Of a stretch of 64,000 bases of DNA, positions 32,307 through 42,502 are shown in pieces. The notes beneath the pieces were generated by a model. It saw only the letters and a list, made by a program, of their open reading frames with translations. It searched no databases and was not told the DNA's origin. The stretch is from NCBI GenBank assembly GCA_963718615.1, contig OY970368.1:3072001-3136000 (forward strand), given 5' to 3'. The position numbers and the translations under genes were made by a program. The first letter of the stretch is position 1. Each line of letters starts with the position of its first letter. This DNA comes from an uncultured cyanobacterium (GTDB lineage Bacteria; Cyanobacteriota; Cyanobacteriia; PCC-9006; JAAUQQ01).

Positions 32307-34025
32307 ATGCTTCGTCAATCCATTTCAGCCAGTATTATCTTGCTTTGGGCCGGGGCGATCGCGACCATTGCTACCCCAGCCCAGGCCCAAACCCCGCTGA
32401 CGCGGGCGATTGTTTCTTCGCTCCGCAATCGGGTGAAGTTTCTGCCCCAAGGACGACCCGCCAGAAGCGCCCAGCTTTCGGACGTGATGGTGCCAGGGGA
32501 TGGTTTAGCCACGGCTCGTTCCTCGTTGGCGGAGCTGCGGTTTAATGATGGTTCTCTCGCGCGGATGGGGGAGCAGGCGGTCTTTCGCTTTGTGCCCCAG
32601 TCCCGGAGCTTTCGCCTGTCCAATGGAACAGTCTTGCTACTGATTCCCCCCGGTCAAGGGCATACCCAGATCCGCACCCCCAACGTCACAGCAGGGATTC
32701 GGGGCTCGGCACTCTTCGTTCGTTATGATGCGGCGACCCAGAAAACCTTGGTAGGAGCTTTGACCGATAGCGGCATTGAGGTCAGTAATGCCGATGGCAG
32801 TCAGCGTCAGGTGTTAAAAGCGGGCCAGGTGGCGATGGCGGTGGGCGATCGCATTGTCGGTCTCTACGACTTTGACTTAGAAGTGTTTTATAACACCAGT
32901 CCCCTCGTGGATGGACTAGAACTCAATCAATTAACACCAGTGAACAGTGAAGATGAGGCGATCGCTCAAGTGCGGGAAGAGACTCTCGCTGGTATCGCAC
33001 AGCAAAGTGAATTTGCCACGGAGACGGCAACAGGCCCCATTTTGGTTAATCCTGAATTTGTTTCCCTGACGGCTACGCCTGCGATCCCCGTGCCCAATGG
33101 CTCCGCTCTGGGTCAACCTTCACTGCCTGGTGTGAACGGTGTTCCAGTGGCATTGCCCGGTCAGGATACCCTAACCCAAACCCAGCCCAACTTCCCGGTT
33201 TGGGATGCAGGGATGCAGCCTGGGTCGACGATGCCTAGCGCGGGCAATGGTAGTAACTCGGGCTACGAACCCCCTACAGTTCCTGGGGTCGTTCCTGAAG
33301 TCCCTGCGGTCGTTACGCCGCCACCAATACCAGTGGTCGAACTGCCCACAACGCCCTTACCTGAAGTTGTTCAGCAGATCCCCGAGGTTCCCGTTGATAC
33401 CGGGATTCCCTCTACGCCCGAAGTGGTGGCTTTTCCAGAGGTTCCCCCAGGACCTGAGGGTTTGTCGGGTTTAACCCCCCCCGAAGTAGAAGCCTCAGCA
33501 CCGGAGGTTCCAGAAGTTCCAGAAGTTCCGGAAGTCCCCGAAACGTCAGTGACGCCAGAAATGCCTGAGGTGCCGGAAGTCCCCGAAACGCCAGTGACGC
33601 CAGAAATGCCTGAGGTCCCAGAAGTTCCTGAAACTCCTATTACCCCGGAGGTCCCCGAAGTGCCGGAAGTCCCTGAGGTACCGGAAGTCCCTGAGACGCC
33701 AGAAGTGCCGGAAGTCCCCGAAACGCCAGTGACGCCGGAAGTGCCGGAGGTCCCAGAAGTTCCTGAAACTCCTATTACCCCGGAGGTCCCCGAGGTGCCG
33801 GAAGTCCCTGAGGTACCGGAAGTCCCTGAGACGCCAGAAGTGCCCGAGGTGCCTGAAACGCCTGAAACTCCAGAAGTGCCGGAGGTTTCTCCCCCTTTTG
33901 TCCCCGAGGAGCCGACGACCCCTGAAGCTCCAGAGACTCCTACAGTTCCTGAAGTTCCAGAGACCCCCACAGTCCCACCGGAAACTCCTGTAGATCCTAC
34001 GGATATTTTGATCGATGTCCTCTGA
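32307..34025 (+). CDS. Exported FecR-domain protein with long Pro-Glu-Val repeat tail
   Basis: Signal peptide (AQA/Q); FecR motifs [18 protein letters not shown] and [13 protein letters not shown]; ~170-aa PEV/PET tail. Confidence 0.88.
   Translation: MLRQSISASIILLWAGAIATIATPAQAQTPLTRAIVSSLRNRVKFLPQGRPARSAQLSDVMVPGDGLATARSSLAELRFNDGSLARMGEQAVFRFVPQSRSFRLSNGTVLLLIPPGQGHTQIRTPNVTAGIRGSALFVRYDAATQKTLVGALTDSGIEVSNADGSQRQVLKAGQVAMAVGDRIVGLYDFDLEVFYNTSPLVDGLELNQLTPVNSEDEAIAQVREETLAGIAQQSEFATETATGPILVNPEFVSLTATPAIPVPNGSALGQPSLPGVNGVPVALPGQDTLTQTQPNFPVWDAGMQPGSTMPSAGNGSNSGYEPPTVPGVVPEVPAVVTPPPIPVVELPTTPLPEVVQQIPEVPVDTGIPSTPEVVAFPEVPPGPEGLSGLTPPEVEASAPEVPEVPEVPEVPETSVTPEMPEVPEVPETPVTPEMPEVPEVPETPITPEVPEVPEVPEVPEVPETPEVPEVPETPVTPEVPEVPEVPETPITPEVPEVPEVPEVPEVPETPEVPEVPETPETPEVPEVSPPFVPEEPTTPEAPETPTVPEVPETPTVPPETPVDPTDILIDVL
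33500..33990. repeat. 9-bp (PEV) coding tandem repeats with a higher-order 135-bp duplication
   Basis: CCNGARGTN units; GAAACTCCTATTACCCCGGAG occurs at 33630 and 33765. Confidence 0.9.
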
Positions 34026-34073
34026 TCCCCACTGAAAACGGCTCGAACACAGAGGACAAAAATGAGAACAAAA

Positions 34074-34102
34074 ACAAGGACAAAATGGCTTTTTGTCCTT
34101 GT
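34074..34102 (+). terminator. Intergenic stem-loop (terminator or mRNA stabiliser)
   Basis: Perfect 12-bp inverted repeat ACAAGGACAAAA/TTTTGTCCTTGT with a 5-nt loop. Confidence 0.5.
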
Positions 34103-34147
34103 CTCTTTGCGCTAAACTGCCTGAGGCTGTAGCGCGCTCGGTTTCAC

Positions 34148-35422
34148 TTGGCCCTGGAGGGGGATTCGTTGAGACGAGATTTCTTAAACCACCATCGCTT
34201 ATGGTTCCTAGTTGGGTTGTGCCTGGGGATTGATTGGTTGTCTCTTCCGGCGATCGCCACGGAGCCGATTTCTAAACCTGATCCCATCCCATGCTTATCT
34301 ACCGTTCTCCTTGATGTCCATCAAGAGGATACCTGTCGAGATCATGAGATTCAATTCAGTGACACGGCGTTAGAAATTGGCTTGGATGAGCCCCTGCTCA
34401 ATCCTTCCAGTCCAGATGCACCCACCCCAGAGTCCCAGGCTCAAACCGCAGACACCGTAACCGACAGTGTTCCTACGGACCCCCTAGAAGACCCACTCAC
34501 GCCCTCGTTTCCAGAGTCGATTGAGCCGCCGGAAGAGCTGGCCCCGGAGGGAGAGAATCCAACGGAGCCTAGTCCTGGGGCGGAAAACAGTACACCCGAA
34601 GGCGAAGCTGGAGAAGAGACCGATGGCGACATGGGGAGCAGCGATTCAGGGGGTGATCCCGATCTGGGCACGCTTCGACTGAAGGAACGGGAGCTGTCGC
34701 TACAGCGACCTCCGATCCGGATTCCGGTTTATTTTTCACTTGACAGCAGCTACCTCAGCACCAGCAACACCCTGGCCAGCGAAAACTTTCTGGACGATCG
34801 CCTATTCCGTACAACAACCGCGTTGACGGTTTCGCCGATTTTGAACCGCAAAACCTTTCTGTTTGGCTCGGTGCAGGGTAGTGTGTATCGTTACGGTGAA
34901 CTCTCTCGCCTCGACTACAACGAATTGCGGCTGCAAGTGGGAGCCCGACGGGTGTTGTTTCCTCGGGTGGTGGGAGAACTGAGCTGGAGCAATCGGCAGC
35001 TGTATTTTCGGGAGAATGGCGATCGCTTCCTCAACGAACAGGCTTTGAGCCTGGGGATCTCCCGCCGTGATCCCCTCATGGAAAAAGTCTATGTAGATAG
35101 CTTTTACCGACTGCGGGCAGGATTTGCCGAGCCACAGACCAGCAGCCGAGTGGTGCAGATTTTGGGTTCTACCTTAAATTACGACGTTACCCGGCAGATC
35201 AATCTTTCGATCACGGGACTGGGGGTTTGGACGCAATATACCCAGCGCGATCGCCAGGACCTCTATGGTCAAGTTCTGGGCCGCCTGACCTATAAACTGG
35301 CAGACAATACCAAGCTTGGATTGTTTGCCGCCTGGGCTCAAGGGGAATCGTCGAGTCAGGGCGTTGATTTTGACAATACCCTCTTGGGGATTAGCTTTGA
35401 TACTAATATCAAGCTGTTTTAG
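34148..35422 (+). CDS. Probable outer-membrane beta-barrel protein with acidic N-terminal linker
   Basis: Signal-like segment, Pro/Glu-rich linker, ~230 aa of amphipathic aromatic-rich strands, terminal LLGISFDTNIKLF ending in Phe. Confidence 0.7.
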   Translation: MALEGDSLRRDFLNHHRLWFLVGLCLGIDWLSLPAIATEPISKPDPIPCLSTVLLDVHQEDTCRDHEIQFSDTALEIGLDEPLLNPSSPDAPTPESQAQTADTVTDSVPTDPLEDPLTPSFPESIEPPEELAPEGENPTEPSPGAENSTPEGEAGEETDGDMGSSDSGGDPDLGTLRLKERELSLQRPPIRIPVYFSLDSSYLSTSNTLASENFLDDRLFRTTTALTVSPILNRKTFLFGSVQGSVYRYGELSRLDYNELRLQVGARRVLFPRVVGELSWSNRQLYFRENGDRFLNEQALSLGISRRDPLMEKVYVDSFYRLRAGFAEPQTSSRVVQILGSTLNYDVTRQINLSITGLGVWTQYTQRDRQDLYGQVLGRLTYKLADNTKLGLFAAWAQGESSSQGVDFDNTLLGISFDTNIKLF

Positions 35423-35441
35423 GATTGGGTTAGGGGGTTCC

Positions 35442-37019
35442 ATGGCTTCATCATCGCTTCTGCAACAGTTTCATCGCTGGCGGCTCGGAATGCTAGAACC
35501 CCTGCCCCTGGTCTTACCCAACCGGGCGGTGATCAACAAACGCTATCAAATCCTCTGTCAGCTCGGGCGAGGTGAGGTTGAACGTACCTACTTAGCGGAA
35601 GATTGGCACCACAAGAATCGCTGGTGTGTACTCAAGGAAATTGTGCCTCGCCTACTCAACCCTCGGATGTTGGCGGAGGGGCGGCGGCGGTTTGAGCAAG
35701 AGGTGTCGCTGCTGCGAGACCTGGAGCATCCGCAATTGCCCGCCTTTGGCGAGATGCTGGAATGTGAATTCGCTGGGCTGCATCGCTGGATCGTGGTGCA
35801 GGAATGGCTTGAAGGCATGAGCTATCTCGACTTGGTCAAAAGCCGTCCCTACCGTGAGGAGGAAGTCCTACGGTTTTTGCAGGAGGTGTTTCCAGCGCTG
35901 CATTATTTGCACCAGCAGGATCCACCGGTGATTCATGGCAACCTCTCGCCGGAGACGATTTTACACAGCAGCGAGATGGACAAGCCCATCTTGATTAACT
36001 TTGGCACGTTCAAACATATTGCCGCCCAGATTGCCGATCCCTTTGGTGACCCGGTGTCGCCAAGGCTGCGGCTGTATCGTCCGCCGGAGCAGTTTCGCGG
36101 TCATCTGAGTCCCTCGACGGATCTCTATGCCTTGGCGGTGACAGTGCTGACGCTGCTCACGGGCTGTCCGGATCCGCGAGAGTTTTATGATGCCAAACGG
36201 CGAGAATGGCGCTGGGCCAAACATGTGGCAGTGAGTGTGGGTTTCGTCGTGGTCCTAGACCGAATGCTTCAGGCCGATCCCAATCTTCGCTATCCCTCCG
36301 TGGCGGATGTCCAGGAAGCCTTGGCAGCCATTCATAGCCGTCGGCCAGTCCCGGTGCCTGAAGCGGTGGTGCTGTTATCCAGCCCAACTCAATCCCTAGG
36401 CTCTGCATCCCTAGGCTCTACATCCTTGGGTACTACCGCCACCGCTCCCTATCTTTTACCCCCGGCTCCGACGCTCACGACGCTCAACGCCACCCTCGCC
36501 ACAGGCTTCACGACAACCCTGACCACAACCGCCCAACAGCTTCAGGGGACCATTCACCAGGGCGGCACCTGGGTGGCGGCTGGGCTGCAGCGCAGTGGGG
36601 TGGGGGTGCGATCGCAGCTCCTAAAACTCAAACAAATCCCCCCCGACAAAGCCCTGAATGGCCTGCTGGGTCTCCTGTTCTGGGGCAGCATCCTAGGGTT
36701 TTTGGGGCTCAGTGGCTATGCCGGACTGCGGCTGGTTCACCGGCTCAAGCAAGATCCCGCTATCCAGGCGGTGACGGCGGCTCCGGCGGTGATCCGCTCG
36801 ACCTATTTGCCCGATGGTGACCTGGAAAGTTGCCACACCAACCTAGCTCAGCGCTATCTGAATTTATCTCAGCCCAGTTGGACTGAAGTGGATCAACGGT
36901 TTGCCGCTGCCTTTCCCGGATTTCCGGGGCCGATTGAAGCTCGTAATCCCGACCATGCGTTTTATTTGCAGGAATGGTGTTTTCTTGCGAATCAGTGGCT
37001 AGAAGACCAAGGGAATTAA
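35442..37019 (+). CDS. Membrane-anchored Ser/Thr kinase-like protein (probable pseudokinase)
   Basis: Hanks fold (LGRG, VLKE, HPQLP, TDLYAL) but HGNLSPET replaces HRDxKPxN and INFG replaces DFG; TM helix; start at ATG 35442. Confidence 0.85.
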   Translation: MASSSLLQQFHRWRLGMLEPLPLVLPNRAVINKRYQILCQLGRGEVERTYLAEDWHHKNRWCVLKEIVPRLLNPRMLAEGRRRFEQEVSLLRDLEHPQLPAFGEMLECEFAGLHRWIVVQEWLEGMSYLDLVKSRPYREEEVLRFLQEVFPALHYLHQQDPPVIHGNLSPETILHSSEMDKPILINFGTFKHIAAQIADPFGDPVSPRLRLYRPPEQFRGHLSPSTDLYALAVTVLTLLTGCPDPREFYDAKRREWRWAKHVAVSVGFVVVLDRMLQADPNLRYPSVADVQEALAAIHSRRPVPVPEAVVLLSSPTQSLGSASLGSTSLGTTATAPYLLPPAPTLTTLNATLATGFTTTLTTTAQQLQGTIHQGGTWVAAGLQRSGVGVRSQLLKLKQIPPDKALNGLLGLLFWGSILGFLGLSGYAGLRLVHRLKQDPAIQAVTAAPAVIRSTYLPDGDLESCHTNLAQRYLNLSQPSWTEVDQRFAAAFPGFPGPIEARNPDHAFYLQEWCFLANQWLEDQGN

Positions 37020-37232
37020 AGCAGAAGCTTCCAGAAAACCCCAATGCAGGCAAGGGTATTTTTGGCAACATACTTTTACAATTATTTTTGCTACCATAGG
37101 ACTAGTGAGGAAGCGTAAGGTCCTGGGAGCAGAATCGAACAACCCAGGGCTCACAGGATTGCTGGATGACTGATTACTGGATGACTGATTGTTGGATTAT
37201 TGATTGTTAAATCAATCCCGGAGGCTTTCGCC

Positions 37233-37679
37233 ATGGCACTCGCCAGACAGATTGAAACCTATGCCCTGGAAACAGTTCAAGGGGGAATGGCTCAGTTCTA
37301 TACACCTCAAGCCAGTGATGAAACGATGTTGGTGGAGCTACCGCCCCATGCCCAGGATGATTTGTTCGTGCATCGCTACCAAACCGATCAGTTATTCGTG
37401 GTGCGCGGCAGATTTGTCCTGGTGGTCCTAGAAAATCGGCGCTATCGCTACGTACCGATGCAGGCCGATGACCGGCAAATGGTGAAAATTCCGCCCGGTG
37501 TCCCCCATGGGGCGATTAACTTTAGCGATGAACCCTGTTTTGTCGTGAATGCAGTCCTGCGCCACGGCGATTCTCATCCCAAGGACTATCAACCGCTCAA
37601 GCGTCCCTTTGAGTATGACCGCGAGGCGGCTTGGCGATCGCTCACCGCCTACAGTGCCGAAACCGCCTGCGCTGCCTAA
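37233..37679 (+). CDS. RmlC-like cupin protein
   Basis: GGAGG RBS before ATG 37233; cupin motifs FVHRYQTDQLFVVRG and IPPGVPHG. Confidence 0.8.
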   Translation: MALARQIETYALETVQGGMAQFYTPQASDETMLVELPPHAQDDLFVHRYQTDQLFVVRGRFVLVVLENRRYRYVPMQADDRQMVKIPPGVPHGAINFSDEPCFVVNAVLRHGDSHPKDYQPLKRPFEYDREAAWRSLTAYSAETACAA

Positions 37680-37775
37680 ATCGCTCCCTCCCCCCGGCCC
37701 TTGCCCCTCTGCCGGATGCGAAGGCTAGTGCGCTAAAGTATTGAAGGATACTTTAGTCATGATGCCCCTGTCTCT

Positions 37776-38951
37776 GTGACCGTTACTCGACGCCAATTTT
37801 TAACCGGTACTGCTGCGATCGCCGCCGGACAGCTCGCCACCGGCTGTGCCGCCCTGCCCTTTTGGCAGCCTCCCCATTTCAAGGTTCAGATTTTGGACGG
37901 TACGATTCCGGTACAATTGCTCAGTCGATTTCGCAGCCAAGTGAAGGGCCAAGGCAAACTCAAATTTGTCCCGGTCACCACGCCCAAAGAGATTTTCACC
38001 ATTTTGCAATATTGGCAGCGGGGCCTCAATGCCTACCAACGGGGGCTGATTAAGCTACCGTTTCGAGCGGGAAAGGAACCGGTCGATTTAATTTCTTTGG
38101 GAGATGCCTGGCTGACGGGTGCGATTCGCCAACAGTTGATTCAGCCTCTGGATGCTAACGCTTGGAGCGCCTGGTCCGAGCTTCCGTCCCAATTTCAGCA
38201 GATCGTACAGCGAGATGCTCAAGGCTTCCCGACAGCGGAGGGGCAAACTTGGGGGGCTCCCTATCGTTGGGGTAGCACGGTGATTGCCTATCGCAAAAAC
38301 CGCCTTAAGCCCTTGGGCTTCAAGATTCAAGACTGGTCCGATCTGTGGAATCCGGCCCTGAAGGGACAAATTTCGTTGCTCAATGACCCCCGTGAGGTCC
38401 TAGGACTGGCGCTGAAGCAGTTGGGTGGGTCTTACAATACGGAAAAGTTGGCGGGGGTTGCTGGGCTCAAGGCGAAGTTAGGTGCGTTGCACCAACAAGT
38501 TAAGGTCTATTCGTCCGACAACTACCTGCAACCGTTGATGTTGGAAGATACTTGGGTGGCGGTGGGGTGGTCGGGAGATTTGTTGCCGTTGTTGCAGCGC
38601 GATCGCAATCTGGTCCTAGTCTATCCGCGATCGGGCACAGCCCTCTGGGCCGATTTGTGGGTACAACCGCGCAGTGCTAAGCCCTTGAGTATGTCGGCGA
38701 ATGACTGGATTAATTTTTGCTGGCAGCCTGAGATTGCGGAGTTGCTCTCTCGGTTTACAGATGCGGTGTCACCGAGGGCGTTAACAGGGACCGTTGCAGC
38801 TGCTTGGACCCAAACGATTCAGCACCGAGAGGTGTTATTACCGGACGGGGAAGCCCTCAGCCGCAGTGAGTTTATTCAGCCCTTGCCCCAAGAGAGTTTG
38901 GATGAGTATCAAGCATTGTGGTTGGCGATGCGGAAGGGAGAACTGATATAA
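37776..38951 (+). CDS. Polyamine ABC transporter substrate-binding protein (PotD/PotF-like), Tat-exported
   Basis: TRRQFL twin-arginine signal with a lipobox-like Cys; PYRWG, DWSDLW, VGWSGD, LWADLW. Confidence 0.85.
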   Translation: MTVTRRQFLTGTAAIAAGQLATGCAALPFWQPPHFKVQILDGTIPVQLLSRFRSQVKGQGKLKFVPVTTPKEIFTILQYWQRGLNAYQRGLIKLPFRAGKEPVDLISLGDAWLTGAIRQQLIQPLDANAWSAWSELPSQFQQIVQRDAQGFPTAEGQTWGAPYRWGSTVIAYRKNRLKPLGFKIQDWSDLWNPALKGQISLLNDPREVLGLALKQLGGSYNTEKLAGVAGLKAKLGALHQQVKVYSSDNYLQPLMLEDTWVAVGWSGDLLPLLQRDRNLVLVYPRSGTALWADLWVQPRSAKPLSMSANDWINFCWQPEIAELLSRFTDAVSPRALTGTVAAAWTQTIQHREVLLPDGEALSRSEFIQPLPQESLDEYQALWLAMRKGELI

Positions 38952-39190
38952 AGTCTGGTCCATTAATCGGGGATAAGGGAGCGCCACCCTCGCGATCGCC
39001 AGAACAACCACCAGAACAATCGTCAGAAAATTACCAAGGAAAATATCACTGGCAAAGTCCTCAAAGTTATGTTTAGAGTGGCCTGGGCTTATCGGGTCTA
39101 GCGGCTGGGTTCATGGGTTTATGTTGGTGAATGGGCTAACGAGAGGATGTGCGACAATGGGGGGCTGGACTTTTTTGCAGAGCTAGCGTT

Positions 39191-39526
39191 ATGGTCACTC
39201 AGTTTATTACGGATGAAGCAGGTAAACGGGTAGGTGTTGTACTGGATTGGACGACCTACCAAAGGCTTGTGCATCGTGAGGTTCAGGATCCTGAGTTATT
39301 GCCAGGATTGGGCGCAGAGGAGTTGTCGATTTTGGCCAATGTGAGTTTGGCTGCTGAGTTGCAACAGGAAATGAGTGAGCTTTTGGCAAGGAACCAAGAG
39401 GGGCAGGTGTCGGAGTCGGAGGCTGATCGTCTAGATGATTTGTTGGATCAGGTCGATCGCCTAAATATTCTTAAGGCTCGTGCGAGGTATACGATTGAGC
39501 AGTTGTATACACCGTCTATGCCATGA
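39191..39526 (+). CDS. Small antitoxin-like protein coupled to an HNH gene
   Basis: QFITDEAGKRVGVVL N-terminus; helical ELLARNQEG..LDDLL..LKARA C-terminus; 4-bp ATGA overlap with the next gene. Confidence 0.7.
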   Translation: MVTQFITDEAGKRVGVVLDWTTYQRLVHREVQDPELLPGLGAEELSILANVSLAAELQQEMSELLARNQEGQVSESEADRLDDLLDQVDRLNILKARARYTIEQLYTPSMP

Positions 39527-39660
39527 GTGTTTACGTACCTGTTGAGTTACAGCGCAGGGTGCGAGGGCAGTTTTATGGTTGCTGTGCCTACTGCCGAACA
39601 GCAGAATCTTTGACGGCTACAACATTTGAGTTTGAGCACATTGTCCCTTTGTCATCGACC
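39523..39660 (+). pseudogene. Truncated HNH endonuclease (N-terminal ~45 aa only)
   Basis: CCAYC..FEFEHIVP is present, but the GG..NL..C..CN half is missing; the ORF runs on antisense into mutS2. Confidence 0.7.
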
Positions 39661-39716
39661 GAAAACCCTTCAACGGTCTGTGCTGTTTCAACGCCTGCCA
39701 AATTTCCTCATCAACC

Positions 39717-42146
39717 TTATATCTTCAAATACACCACCGTCACCCCCGTTCCCCCATCCGCCTGCTCCGCCGCCTCAAATCGCTCCACCTGGGGATGCTG
39801 CTTGAGAAAATCCTGCACCCCGCGCCGTAGCTTACCCGTGCCGTGGCCATGGATAATCCAAATGGGTCCTGCGGCCTCGGCAATAAACCGATCGACCTCG
39901 ATTTCCGCATCGCTCACCTTGCTGCCCCGCAGATCTAGCGTATTGCGGGAGGTTCGGATGGCGGGGGCTGCTGGGCGATCGCCCTCCTCCACCTTCGGGT
40001 CTGACCTAAAGGACTCCAGCACTTTGATCTTCGCCTTGGCCTCCGGCATCTGTCCCTTCTCTCCCTGGAGCGACTCCACATCCGCCAGGGTCACCATCAT
40101 TTTCATCAAACCAAACCGCACCTGTAACTCACCTTCCGGCGTCGCCACGGTCAAGACCTCTGCAACCTGCCCCCCCAGGCGAGGTAAACGCACCCGCTCA
40201 CCCACCTGGGGCTGATAGCCCGGTTTCGGTTTTCGTTTCTGTTGGGAAGGCAACTGGGCAGCGATCGCCTCCACTGCCTCCGTCGCCTGCTGTGCCCGCT
40301 TCGCCCGCTGCTGGGAATCCTGGGGACCCCTTTGGAGTTGCCGGATCACCTGGGCAATTTCGCCCTTAGCTTGGGCGATCGCCGCCTGGACCGCCTGTTC
40401 CTGCTGCGCCTTGAGTTCCTGCTCCCGCGCCTGTAGCTCCGCTGCTTTGCGAGACACTTGGGCATAGAACTTCTCTGCCTCTGCCACCAGCTTTGCCGCC
40501 TCCGCCGCCTTTTCTTCCTGGACTCGTCGCTGGGCTTCTAATCCTGCAATCACTTCATTGACTTCTGTGGAAGCTCCAGGGCTGACAAAATCGCGGGCGG
40601 ATTCGATGATGTCGGACTTGAGACCCAGACGCTGGGCGATCGCCAAGGCATTGGACCGTCCCGGAATTCCCCAGAGCAGTCGGTAGGTGGGCGAAAGCGT
40701 CTGGACATCAAATTCCACCGAGGCATTTTCAAACCGTTCATCGCTATATTTCAGCGCCTTGAGTTCGCCAAAGTGGGTGGTGGCGACGGTAAGACGGGTG
40801 GTATCGGCTAGGTGTTTGAGGAGGGCGATCGCCAAGGCGCTACCTTCAGAAGGATCGGTCCCCGCCCCCACTTCATCCAACAGCACAAGGGAGTTGGGGT
40901 GGTTTTCCAAGGCCTCCAGGATCCGCCCAATCCGTTTAATATGGCCGGAGAATGTGGACAAGCTCTGCTGGAGCGACTGTTCATCGCCAATATCCGCCAG
41001 GACTTGGTCAAACCAAGGCAGCTCGACCGGTTCGCGGGCCGGAACAAACAGACCTGCCTTCGCCATCAGAGCCGCGAGCCCCAAGGTTTTGAGCGTCACG
41101 GTTTTGCCCCCGGTATTGGGACCAGTAATCGCGACGACCCGCAGATTGGGGTCAATGCGTAGGTGGGTTGGAACAACGCCATTGCCTTGTTCGTGGCGCT
41201 CTTGCCAGATCAACAGCGGATGGCGCAACTCTCGCAGCGTCGTTGATTCTGGCGTTTCGCTGGCCAGAAAACGGGGCGGATTGCCTTCGAGCCAGTAGCT
41301 ATAGCGAGCACGGGCCGCCGCCAGATCAAGGGTCGTGGCAACGGCCAGCAGATGCTCCAAATCCTCTAGGACTTCGGCGATTTGCTCCGACAACCGGCGA
41401 CGCACCCGTTCTTCTTCAACCTGCTCTTGACGCAGCAACTGTCTAAGCTGATTGTTGCCATTCACCACGCTGCTGGGCTCAACGTAGAGGGTTGCGCCAC
41501 TCGATGAACTGTCGTGGACAATGCCGGGAATGACATCTTTGTGGGAGGCCTTGACCGGAATGACAAACCGGTTGTCCCGCTGGGTCACCACCGCCTCTTG
41601 AATGGCGCTGGCCTTGACCTGCATAATCCGCTGAAGTTTGCGATAGACTTCGTCCCGCTGGGATTTGAGCTTGGTTCGCAGGGCTCCAAGGGTTTCGCTG
41701 GCGCGATCGGTGACTTTGCCGCGATCGTCGATGCAGTGATGGATCTGCTGTTCTAGCTCTGGATAGGTCCGCAGGTCCGCCACTAGGCCCACGAGTGTGG
41801 GCAGGTCGTCCTCATGGGCATCAATGAGTCGACGGAGGTTGCGCACTCCGGCTAGGGTCGTCGCTACGGACAGCAACTCTTCGCCGGAGAGAATGCCCCC
41901 ATGGCCCGCCCGCTCTAGGGCAGCGCTAATGTCCTCGATGCCGTCAAAGGAAAGCGAGGGGGTCAGCCGAGACTCTAGGTCATAGATCTCGGTGGTTTGG
42001 GTGAGCAGATGTTCGCTTTCGGCTTGGGTTTGGGGGATGCGCAGTTGACCGGTGGCGATCGCCCCCAACTTTGTCGCCGCAAACGTAGCGACATGCTGGC
42101 ACAGACGCGGCCATTCGAGCAGGTTTAAGGTTTCGTCTTGAATCAC
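39717..42146 (-). CDS. mutS2: MutS2 endonuclease
   Basis: LEWPRL start, ITGPNTGGKT Walker A, QSLSTFSGH, LLDEVGAGTDP, C-terminal Smr domain (LDLRG, IIHGHGTGKLR). Confidence 0.96.
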   Translation of the reverse strand: MIQDETLNLLEWPRLCQHVATFAATKLGAIATGQLRIPQTQAESEHLLTQTTEIYDLESRLTPSLSFDGIEDISAALERAGHGGILSGEELLSVATTLAGVRNLRRLIDAHEDDLPTLVGLVADLRTYPELEQQIHHCIDDRGKVTDRASETLGALRTKLKSQRDEVYRKLQRIMQVKASAIQEAVVTQRDNRFVIPVKASHKDVIPGIVHDSSSSGATLYVEPSSVVNGNNQLRQLLRQEQVEEERVRRRLSEQIAEVLEDLEHLLAVATTLDLAAARARYSYWLEGNPPRFLASETPESTTLRELRHPLLIWQERHEQGNGVVPTHLRIDPNLRVVAITGPNTGGKTVTLKTLGLAALMAKAGLFVPAREPVELPWFDQVLADIGDEQSLQQSLSTFSGHIKRIGRILEALENHPNSLVLLDEVGAGTDPSEGSALAIALLKHLADTTRLTVATTHFGELKALKYSDERFENASVEFDVQTLSPTYRLLWGIPGRSNALAIAQRLGLKSDIIESARDFVSPGASTEVNEVIAGLEAQRRVQEEKAAEAAKLVAEAEKFYAQVSRKAAELQAREQELKAQQEQAVQAAIAQAKGEIAQVIRQLQRGPQDSQQRAKRAQQATEAVEAIAAQLPSQQKRKPKPGYQPQVGERVRLPRLGGQVAEVLTVATPEGELQVRFGLMKMMVTLADVESLQGEKGQMPEAKAKIKVLESFRSDPKVEEGDRPAAPAIRTSRNTLDLRGSKVSDAEIEVDRFIAEAAGPIWIIHGHGTGKLRRGVQDFLKQHPQVERFEAAEQADGGTGVTVVYLKI

Positions 42147-42502
42147 GCGGGCTCGTAGAGGTATTCAAACCAGTTACCATCGGGGTCACGACCATAAAAC
42201 GAAGCCGTGCCATCGCGGTGTTCGTGGACTGGGGTGAGTTTAATTTCGGTTTGGCTGAGGCGTTCAAAGGCTTCATCCACGGCGGCTCGGTTGTCAAACA
42301 CAAAGCCAAAATGGGGACCGGCCTGGGCATAGCCGGGTCCCAAAAGTGCGAGGCCATCTTTGCCTGCTTTGAGATAGGCCCAGTCTGTATCTTTCCAAGC
42401 GAGCTCCAGGCCTAAGTCTTGGTAAAACTGGGCAGCCCGTTCGATATTTTCTACTTTGATGGCGACGTGGCCGAGTCGTTTGACCTGCATTTTGACCTGC
42501 AT
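42143..42502 (-). CDS. VOC/glyoxalase family protein
   Basis: LGHVAIKV, HFGF, FYGRDPDGNWFE. Confidence 0.9.
   Translation of the reverse strand: MQVKMQVKRLGHVAIKVENIERAAQFYQDLGLELAWKDTDWAYLKAGKDGLALLGPGYAQAGPHFGFVFDNRAAVDEAFERLSQTEIKLTPVHEHRDGTASFYGRDPDGNWFEYLYEPA

Noticed and set aside
33371-33970. 199-aa Gly-Thr-Ser repeat ORF on the minus strand
   Set aside because: Antisense shadow of the PEV repeats
39660-40215. C-terminal part of the 230-aa ORF 39523..40215 as a real protein
   Set aside because: Mostly antisense to the mutS2 Smr domain; no HNH motifs
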